Positions 20,114 to 27,944 of a DNA stretch of 32,607 bases are shown here, piece after piece (the stretch's first letter is position 1; every line of letters begins with the position of its first letter). The notes under the pieces are model-generated. The model saw nothing but the letters and a program-made list of their open reading frames with translations. It did not search any database and was not told the DNA's origin. The position numbers and the translations under genes are program-made. The DNA comes from Stramenopiles sp. TOSAG23-3 (Eukaryota): the NCBI GenBank assembly GCA_900128585.1, contig LT642214.1, positions 1 to 32,607 on the forward strand, written 5' to 3'.

Positions 20114-20764
20114 CTCGACAATACGAAACAATTTAACGGTGCCAGTCGAAATTTCCAACTTGAACCAAATTCTGCCACAAACAGACGGATGTTAAATTGA
20201 TCCGATAGATAATATATTGCATCTTCCATTTTATTAGTTGTTTAGATTTGTACAACTTCGCATTTGCTTGGTACGTACTTCGGAATGCAAGAGAGTTGGG
20301 GTGGGGGATTAATGGTCGCCGATGATGATTTTGTGGTGGGGGATTGGGGATGATTGGGTCCAGATGTCAGATTGCCTTGGTAGGTACGTACCAGTCGTGG
20401 AGGTGCTGCTAATAAGGCTTCGTATGGACAAAGCATACTTCGGCTGTGCTGTGTTGATTCGCCTGGTCACACCCACTCAGGCCATTATTTAATGATAGGT
20501 TTTTGTACTTAATACACTACATCTGAGTGTAATTATCTCGACAAAAATCACTCAAATTATTATTATTATAGGTAAAAAAAATATTTTATAGAAAAAATAG
20601 GCTCTCCTCCGAAATGAAATTACCAAGGTAGAATTTGTTAAAAGGTGTACCGGTTTTATAACAATTACGTGAACAGTAAAGTGTGGACAGTCTGAATCCA
20701 GTGTGCACCGCTTTTTTGTTGGTTCATTTTGCTATGGCCGACTGAGCGTTTGCGTGCGTAATAA

Positions 20765-21490
20765 ATGGAGTTCTTGCAAGATTCGTCCTCCGACTCTGAG
20801 GGCACTGAAATAGACACTAAGGGTAACAAGAACCGTTGTAGAAAGCTCTCAGTCGAAAACAATGGGGCTGATAGAACAGATACGGTGAAGCGGCAAAAGG
20901 TTCTGAGGTTTTCACCGGAGGAAGGGCTGTATTTTTCGCGCATTTTTGTTCCGCTAGTAAGTTCTCAAGTTTTACAAAAGTTGAAAGACTCGGGATTAGA
21001 AGCCCAAAAGGAATTAATGAATTCAAAAAAGTTCCCTTTTGAAAGCTGGAAAATACACGACTGCCTTCATATAAGTCTATCGCGCGAATTTGTTCTTCAA
21101 AAGCACTACGTAGACTCTTTCAAGAATTTGCTAGAGAAAGAGCTGAGCAGCGTCATTTCCTTCCGAATAAGTTTGACTGACGAAACTTCTGTGCTGGTAA
21201 ACGATTCAAAGTCCCGCTCATTTGTAGCCCTTAACGTTAACGGCGGGGTAGCTGCATTAAAGTCACTGGTGGATAAAGTCGACAGCGTATTGTCAAGGTT
21301 TTCGTTTCCCTCGTACTATGACAACCGAGTCTTTCATGCTTCCGTTGCATCTGTAGCCGGCGATGCTACAATGACAAAAAAGCCCGGAATTCAAGCCAGC
21401 GGCAGTATATTGGAGATGGGGGTCCATGTCCGAAAAGTACATTTAGGAATTGGAACGATTGGCTATGATTTTCCCTTGAAGGACTGCTGA
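20765..21490 (+). CDS. USB1: U6 snRNA phosphodiesterase (2H phosphoesterase, HVSL family)
   Basis: Two HxS motifs (LHISLSR, FHASVA), plus LVNDSKSRSFVAL and FPSYYDNRVFH as in USB1/Mpn1. Confidence 0.88.
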   Translation: MEFLQDSSSDSEGTEIDTKGNKNRCRKLSVENNGADRTDTVKRQKVLRFSPEEGLYFSRIFVPLVSSQVLQKLKDSGLEAQKELMNSKKFPFESWKIHDCLHISLSREFVLQKHYVDSFKNLLEKELSSVISFRISLTDETSVLVNDSKSRSFVALNVNGGVAALKSLVDKVDSVLSRFSFPSYYDNRVFHASVASVAGDATMTKKPGIQASGSILEMGVHVRKVHLGIGTIGYDFPLKDC

Positions 21491-21530
21491 ACTGTATAAT
21501 AGAATATTGAAGAATGACGCTGTTTAAGAG

Positions 21531-21599
21531 TTAGAGAACAAAAATAAATATATATAGTGTATGTTTTTTAAGACTCTCATTTTAGAGAACAAAAATAAA
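21531..21599. mobile_element. 33-bp insertion (family B) flanked by the 18-bp direct repeat TTAGAGAACAAAAATAAA
   Basis: Repeats at 21531-21548 and 21582-21599. The insert TATATATAGTGTATGTTTTTTAAGACTCTCATT matches the motif at 18552-18580. Confidence 0.65.
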
Positions 21600-21666
21600 A
21601 TCAATTCTTAAAGAGGTACGAAGATGTAACGCGTTCGTTTATTAGCAGATACACTGACAGTTCCCG

Positions 21667-23220
21667 TCACAGATTGTCCCCAGCTGCAAAATTTTTCCAG
21701 TCTTCCCCCCATTGATGGTCCAAGTTAACGCGTACAAAGTCCTCTGTATCCGCAGAAAACGGTTTAGTGTCTTCAGTAGGAGATCCCTCTGGTATTTTGT
21801 CTATATCAATCGCATCTTCTTCCTCTTCGTCCCTATTTGCACGTTCTTGGATGGGTTCGTTTTCGTTCTCGACATGCTTCTTGTCCGCATCTTTCTTTTT
21901 CTCCCTTTTTTTCCTCCTTGATCGTTCGGGTTTAGCCTTCTTTGTCTTTCTTCTCGACGAAGCTTTCGGTCTATGGCTGCTCCCTTTTTTCTTCTTCGTC
22001 GGCTTCTTCTTCTTGCTTTTTGAACGCTTTGAAACAACCAGCTCTTGGGATAGATATTTTGTTGCTTGCTCTGAATCTTCGACTTTCTCAATAGTCGTTT
22101 TAATAAAATGGTCCAAGTTGTCTTCGGTAAAAAAGCCACGAAGGGCTCTCGCGGCAACTTTCTTCTTACCTTCATCGCTCGTCCTTGTACTAGTGTGCAC
22201 CAGCACGAAGTGGGGAGCATTGGTGTCCGAATCCTGTTTGGGAAGCTTGTTTTCAATCGACAGTTCGTATTTCTTGAGGTTTACTTGCGCAAAGTTTAAA
22301 AATGAAAAAGAGTCGCGTGCAAGGTGTCTTAGGATATTCTTGATGTCGTCCTGCAAGGGGCCGTTTTCTTTTTTCAAGATCAAACCGCAAAACGCTACGT
22401 TCGTGGTCAGGCAATACTTTTCAAACATGTCTTGGTTTTTAATGGTATGCAGTCTGGGGTTTATGTTGGATGCTAACTCAACGAAATCCATGGCTTTATC
22501 AAAATTAGAATCAATGTCAGCTTCGTTTAGTAGATTGCTTGGAATCAGCACTGGCCTGCGTTTATAGGACGTAACGAATGCCACTGCTTTGCCTTCCTCA
22601 GCCGAAAAGTCAATAAAATCCACCAGCAGTTCTTCTACAGATTCGCCTTGCAGCGGTTCCAGGTCCGGTTGATGCGTCAAGCGAGGCCCCGGCTCGCTCC
22701 CAGAAAACAGTGCGATTGCAACGCTTTTGGAAAAGGTTGCTTTGCAGTCGATGACAGCGCCTTTAAGAACCCCGGCGCCTTCGCTCTCGTCTTCATCGAC
22801 AGCTATTCCGTGATCGTTAATGCCGAGCACAATTTTCTGCCACATTTTATTCAGCTCCGAACCTGTCTCTGACGACTGGCAAAGCACAACGTACGACGTA
22901 TTCCTCGACGAGTGGTCAGGAACCAAGATGCGCCGAAGCTCTACGCCTACCGCTTTGTCTTCCGCAGCTACGTTCAAAAATTTAATTTCCGAACTTTTCT
23001 TCAGTCCAAGGAACACGGTAAGAGAAAACATTAAAACCCCAACAAACCCCATACAAACAAACACTCGAGAGTATTGTGCCCACCACCGATTTGCCATAAA
23101 TGACTTGAACTGTTTCGCCTTCGATGGGGTCTTGCCCCCACCCCGTCCCATTGTTTTCTTCTTTTCTATCGAACGCTCCTTTACAGGCAGGTATTCCTCC
23201 TCCCCGTCTTCGTCTTCTGG
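21667..23220 (-). CDS. Membrane-anchored protein with a redox-inactive thioredoxin-like (PDI P5 C-terminal-like) region; possibly the C-terminal part of the J-domain gene
   Basis: TM segment VFVCMGFVGVLMFSLTVFLGL. Segments NQDMFEKYC..CGLIL and ALRGFFTEDNLDHFI resemble the P5_C domain (by eye). K-rich then acidic tail. Start uncertain: a possible ATG at 23151, or continuation from the upstream ORF. Confidence 0.6.
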   Translation of the reverse strand, partial: PEDEDGEEEYLPVKERSIEKKKTMGRGGGKTPSKAKQFKSFMANRWWAQYSRVFVCMGFVGVLMFSLTVFLGLKKSSEIKFLNVAAEDKAVGVELRRILVPDHSSRNTSYVVLCQSSETGSELNKMWQKIVLGINDHGIAVDEDESEGAGVLKGAVIDCKATFSKSVAIALFSGSEPGPRLTHQPDLEPLQGESVEELLVDFIDFSAEEGKAVAFVTSYKRRPVLIPSNLLNEADIDSNFDKAMDFVELASNINPRLHTIKNQDMFEKYCLTTNVAFCGLILKKENGPLQDDIKNILRHLARDSFSFLNFAQVNLKKYELSIENKLPKQDSDTNAPHFVLVHTSTRTSDEGKKKVAARALRGFFTEDNLDHFIKTTIEKVEDSEQATKYLSQELVVSKRSKSKKKKPTKKKKGSSHRPKASSRRKTKKAKPERSRRKKREKKKDADKKHVENENEPIQERANRDEEEEDAIDIDKIPEGSPTEDTKPFSADTEDFVRVNLDHQWGEDWKNFAAGDNL

Positions 23221-23332
23221 TATATCATGAACACATTGACATGAATACCTATTAAAACAACAGCAACAGCAACATGAACATTTTATGAAAATACAAAACC
23301 ATGAATCACAACGGCAATTGCAAAGTACAGTA

Positions 23333-24413
23333 TTATTTTTTCTGTGTTTTTTTTGTTGGTAGTCCTTTTCTTTTTGATCTTTTTCTTCTTCTTGGTGGGG
23401 ATGAATCATAATAATAAGCAGTGGTTGCGCTGCTATCTTCCTGTTCTTGTTCCGTCCATCCTGAATCGACTTCGGAATAATCGGCTTCACCACTTTCTTC
23501 CCCTAAGAAGAGAGCAGCATCAGCATCGGATACAATTGCTTTGTTAGCCTTCACAGCATTAGCAATTAATTTTTCGTTTAGTAGTTTCTCGCTGCTGTGA
23601 CCGTATTGATGCAAACTTTTTGTGGAAATCGTCGAGGAGGTTGTAGCGGATCCTTCATGCTCCATTCGTTTGCCACTCTTGGTTCGGTTCTGCAGTTTCT
23701 TTTCAGCGTTCTTCGGTTTCTTTCCTTTGATTTTCTTCTTCAACTTTGATTTCGCTTCAATTCGTGCTGCGACAGCCCATATATCTTCGTCATAGGGCCG
23801 GAGCAGAGTGTTGATAAATCGCTTCCAGCCGTGCAGGGAAGTTTCACCTTGGCGTTTGCAGAGTTTGGCAATGTTTTGCAGGCACACGCAAGCTTTTTTA
23901 GCTTTTTTAGCTTTGTTCTTCGAGCGACCGTACGATATTGCCACGGGAATCACCAGGAAGCTTCCCATAACGAAAACGAGGACCCAATTTGAAAGAGTGT
24001 CTGACATGATAGGCTGTGACCCAAACACCTTTCCCCCGCCGTGCGCTCCCCAGGCTTCTTCGAACGAGGAAAATCCGCCAAAATCGTCCCATTCCTCTCC
24101 ATTGATATCGTCCGGGCCCATGTCTCCCATGGCGTTTGGTCCACCCATGTCATACCGCCGTCTCTTCTTGACGTCGGATAATATTTCGTAGGCGTTCGCC
24201 AGTTCAACGAACTTTTCCTCCATTTCTTTTTTTTTGCTTCCCTTGTGCTTATCTGGATGAAACTCTCGCGCCAATTTGCGAAAACTTTTCTTTATGTTTT
24301 CCTGGGTCGCCCGTGGAGTTAAGTCCAATATTTGGTATAGGTTTCGCTTTGGCTTCACCTTTGGTCTAGGCGGCTCTGGCATACCTTCCTGTCTCCCGTT
24401 TCCATACTTTTTT
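23333..24413 (-). CDS. DnaJ (Hsp40 J-domain) membrane protein, 5' end at the assembly gap
   Basis: J domain RNLYQILDL...IKKSFRKLAREFHPDK...FVELANAYEILSDVKKRRRYD with HPD, a G/F-rich linker, and TM WVLVFVMGSFLVIPVAISY. The frame is open up to the NNNN at 24414. Confidence 0.85.
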
Positions 24414-24417
24414 NNNN
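24414..24417. other. Assembly gap (NNNN) hiding the 5' ends of two divergent genes
   Basis: The DnaJ frame runs into the gap from the left, and the ABCC on the right begins at the very end of TMD1. Confidence 0.85.
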
Positions 24418-24419
24418 AC

Positions 24420-27302
24420 TTTTTTGTTGCATCAAGGCGAATAACGAAGTTTTTGCACCAGACGGAAGTGAAAGGGTTGAATATTCTTCCCCTGCTGACC
24501 ACCGACGGTAAAAGCACCGCAAAGGTCTCTGTTGAAGGCAACGCGTCCTATTCGTACACCAGAAAGGTAGCGGACACAGGAGAGAACGAGGACAAGGACG
24601 CCAAAAACGATATCGAAAGCAAGCAGTTTAAGTTGAAAAATATCAACATGTCCTTGAGTTCCGGCCAGCTGTGCATGGTATGTGGAAAAGTTGGATCTGG
24701 AAAGAGCTCCCTGGTATCTGCAATACTGGGAGAGATGCATTCTCAGACCGATAGCGTAATAGAAATGCATGGCTCTGTGGCGTACGTACCGCAATCGCCA
24801 TGGATCCTGAACAAATCCGTGCGCCAAAACGTAGTGTTGCAGGCGGACCAAGCTGCCTCGGTCAACGAGGCGAGGTATCAGGATTCGCTGGTCGCAACGG
24901 AGCTGATCAATGATCTTCATATTCTGCCAGCTGGGGATCAGACTGAAATAGGCGAAAAAGGCATAAACATTTCTGGTGGTCAGAAGCAACGGGTAGCACT
25001 TGCTCGAGCAGTCTACGCGGACCGAGACATATACATCCTGGACGACCCGTTGTCTGCATTGGACGTCCACGTGGGGCAGAATGTGTTCGACCATCTTATA
25101 AAAGACAGATTGCGCGAAAAACTTGTGATTCTTGTTACTCACAACCTGCTGCTATTGCCAGACGCGGACCACATCCTTTACTTGGAAAACGGTGATCTGG
25201 TGGGAAGCGGAAAATACGACGACTTGCTTGAAAACAGCCAGTCCTTTCGCACATTGATATCGTCAATGGAGGACAAACATGTTGGGGAAAACGTGGAAGC
25301 CGTTAAAGACGCAGACCGCTCCCCTCTTTCCCCCAGCACCATCAAGGTGAAAGAAACCGAGACATCGTCTGTCTCCAGAAAAACAGGGAAGGGGCATAGC
25401 CCCTCCCTCGCTTCCAAAATTCCGTTGCACGAAACGACAGAGGAAGAGAGAAAAGCTGGCGCAAAGATGATAAGAGCAGAACAGCGCTCGAAAGGTTCTT
25501 TGAAGCTGAGCACTGTAGCGGCGTACTTTGGTAGCTTTTATCGAGGAATTTCTGCCTCGTTTGCGGTCGTAATTATTGTATTCTTGATGAGCTTAGCGGA
25601 AAGTTGCAACATGCTTACCAGTTGGTGGTTGAGCCATTGGTCGACGTCTGTGGAGCTCGCAATTAGTGGGTACCAAGACCACGCTTTTTATATTGGCATA
25701 TATGGCTGTTTTGTTCTAGGTGCTTTGATTCTATACTTCATATCTCAGATTGTTACGAGCGAGGGGGCTGTCGCGGCTGCAACGCGGTTGCACGACAGGA
25801 TGCTGCATGCTCTGCTCGCTGCGCCCATGAGGTTTTTTGAGACTACCCCAACGGGCCGCACACTCTCCCGCTGCTCGAAGGATGTCGACGAAGCGGATAC
25901 GTTGCTGCGAGTAGCATTCTCAAGCATGTTTACTTGCTTCATAGAATCATCGGCAACACTTGTGTTGGTCACTGTGCTCACGAATGGCTGGTTGGCAGTT
26001 GTTTTGCTACCGATTGGGTTTCTTTACTTTTATATTTTGAATTATTACAGGAAAACAAGCAGGGAGTTAAAGCGGTTGGACAGTGTCAGCAAGAGCCCTG
26101 TCTTTTCGCATTTTGCAGAGACTTTGAATGGATTGACATCGGTTCGTGCATTTCAAATGGAGGAACCCTTTGGAAAGAAAAATTTAGACATTATTGATGT
26201 CAACCATCGCGCATACTTTTTGTCTAATGTGGCCAACAGATGGTTGTCTATAAGGCTTGAACTTATCGGGGGCACTTTAACGCTGCTGACAGGCGTTATT
26301 TTAGTTTTTATCAGTTCTCCGACTACCGCTGCTTTAGCGGGACTGGCTTTGGTCTATATTACCAAAATGCTCAACACCTTAAACTGGGGCGTTCGTCAAG
26401 TCAGTGAGACAGAAGTCCGTTTCAACGCAGTGGAGCGATTGTTGGAGTACCAGGGCGACGATTTCCCAACAGAAGCACCTTCGGAAATGCTGAGCGATTC
26501 AGCGTTGGTTGGTGGGACAAAAGGATCTGCTGAAGGAAAGAGCTGGCCACTACATGGAGAGATAAAACTGATCAACTATTCCATGCGATACCGTGAAAAG
26601 CTCCCGTTGGTGCTCCGGAATTTGAACGCGACTGTTCCTGCTGGATCACGCGTGGGAATCTGTGGTAGAACTGGGAGTGGAAAGTCTAGTCTGTTTTCGG
26701 CAATTTTTCGACTTGTTGAGCCTGCAGAAGGCTCGATTGAGATTGATGGTCAAGACATAACAAGCCTAGGTTTAAAGACTTTGCGGTCAAAAATTGCTAT
26801 TATCCCGCAGGACCCTGTTCTGTTTGTTGGGAATGTGCGCGACAACTTGGACCCTTTTGGAACTTACTCAGATGCAGAAATCTGGGAGGTTCTTCGTTTG
26901 TGCAACATGTTTGACGTGCTGCAGCGCCGGGGCGTTGGTGAGTCAAGCACAGAAGTGAAGTTGATGGCACCGGTCAGTGAGGGCGGAAGCAACTTTTCTC
27001 AAGGGGAAAGGCAGTTGATGTGCATTGCTCGGGCCCTGCTCCGGAAACCCAAAGTGCTTCTCTTGGACGAGGCAACTGCTTCAATTGATATGGACACAGA
27101 CAATATTGTTCAAGAAATGATTCGGAAGATATTTTGCGACTGTACCACCTTGACAATTGCTCACAGAATCAACACTATTGCTGATTCCGATTTAATCATG
27201 GTTTTGGATAATGGCACCATTCAGGAGTTTGACACTCCTGCAAAGCTCTTGGAGGCACAAGGATTGTATTATGAGATGCTGCACAGTTCAGGGGAGAAGT
27301 GA
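24420..27302 (+). CDS. Second ABCC/MRP-type transporter, 5'-partial (NBD1-TMD2-NBD2; TMD1 lost in the gap)
   Basis: GKVGSGKSS, ISGGQKQR, ILDDPLSALD; FFETTPTGRTLSR, RWLSIRLE; GRTGSGKSS, FSQGERQL, LLDEATASID, TIAHRINTI. Ends shortly after NBD2 with no extra domain. Confidence 0.92.
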   Translation, partial: FFVASRRITKFLHQTEVKGLNILPLLTTDGKSTAKVSVEGNASYSYTRKVADTGENEDKDAKNDIESKQFKLKNINMSLSSGQLCMVCGKVGSGKSSLVSAILGEMHSQTDSVIEMHGSVAYVPQSPWILNKSVRQNVVLQADQAASVNEARYQDSLVATELINDLHILPAGDQTEIGEKGINISGGQKQRVALARAVYADRDIYILDDPLSALDVHVGQNVFDHLIKDRLREKLVILVTHNLLLLPDADHILYLENGDLVGSGKYDDLLENSQSFRTLISSMEDKHVGENVEAVKDADRSPLSPSTIKVKETETSSVSRKTGKGHSPSLASKIPLHETTEEERKAGAKMIRAEQRSKGSLKLSTVAAYFGSFYRGISASFAVVIIVFLMSLAESCNMLTSWWLSHWSTSVELAISGYQDHAFYIGIYGCFVLGALILYFISQIVTSEGAVAAATRLHDRMLHALLAAPMRFFETTPTGRTLSRCSKDVDEADTLLRVAFSSMFTCFIESSATLVLVTVLTNGWLAVVLLPIGFLYFYILNYYRKTSRELKRLDSVSKSPVFSHFAETLNGLTSVRAFQMEEPFGKKNLDIIDVNHRAYFLSNVANRWLSIRLELIGGTLTLLTGVILVFISSPTTAALAGLALVYITKMLNTLNWGVRQVSETEVRFNAVERLLEYQGDDFPTEAPSEMLSDSALVGGTKGSAEGKSWPLHGEIKLINYSMRYREKLPLVLRNLNATVPAGSRVGICGRTGSGKSSLFSAIFRLVEPAEGSIEIDGQDITSLGLKTLRSKIAIIPQDPVLFVGNVRDNLDPFGTYSDAEIWEVLRLCNMFDVLQRRGVGESSTEVKLMAPVSEGGSNFSQGERQLMCIARALLRKPKVLLLDEATASIDMDTDNIVQEMIRKIFCDCTTLTIAHRINTIADSDLIMVLDNGTIQEFDTPAKLLEAQGLYYEMLHSSGEK

Positions 27303-27320
27303 TTTTTTGAAAACAAATTT

Positions 27321-27660
27321 ATCTCTGCTCCTGTGATTTTACTCTAATCAATATACTCTTGCCACTTACTCTAGACTATCATCTGATGCACTCCATGCAT
27401 GATCCGAATCGGTGTTTGGATTGGCAAAGCTGTCAAATGACCCGTAGTCAACTTCCTCACCCGATGTCTCACTCATATAAAGATAACTCAAACCTTGTGC
27501 AATTTTCCAAGCAGCCGCAAACAAATTATAAGAAAAAATAAACTTTTTAACACATTTACGAGTAGCATTTTATATATCACACATGTGAGTATCATCAAAA
27601 ACAAGAAAATTGGCTGTTATTTCAAGTAGTTAAAATTAATGTGCTGCGAACTGAAATCTA
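27321..27660 (-). mobile_element. Family A repeat remnants: coding 3' end and UTR (27569-27321), plus a terminal segment (27660-27601)
   Basis: The minus strand encodes ...SYNLFAAAWKIAQGLSYLYMSETSGEEVDYGSFDSFANPNTDSDHAWSASDDSLE*, homologous to 14655-14803. ACAAGAAAATTGGCTGTTATTT is shared with 14812-14833. Confidence 0.7.
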
Positions 27661-27944
27661 GATTTAGACTTTCTAGGTTTACATACATACACCTTGTAAA
27701 TTAATTTCCCTGGGTCTGTAAAAAATAAATTCCCCTGCTGACAAAAAGTCATTCTAAGACTGATTAGTCTTCCCATCTTTGTTTCTTTCCCTCCTTTTTC
27801 CACCATTATTGACGTTCGTCTTCAATATTCCAAGCAAAGCCGGGAAGGGTAAGGGGATAATCACCAACATCTTCTATTGGACTGAAATCTACCCGTTCAT
27901 CCTCTGATGAAGGTAATTGGCTTAAGTCTCGAAATTAAAACCCT

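Noticed and set aside
20242-20470. Island encoding LCPYEALLAAPPRL, faintly like a retroelement integrase C-terminal motif
   Set aside because: A single short motif with no DDE core or LTR; insufficient support.
24276-24541. Apparent head-to-head overlap of the DnaJ and ABCC ORFs
   Set aside because: Both ORF calls read through NNNN at 24414-24417. The true 5' ends and ABCC TMD1 are most simply missing in the gap.
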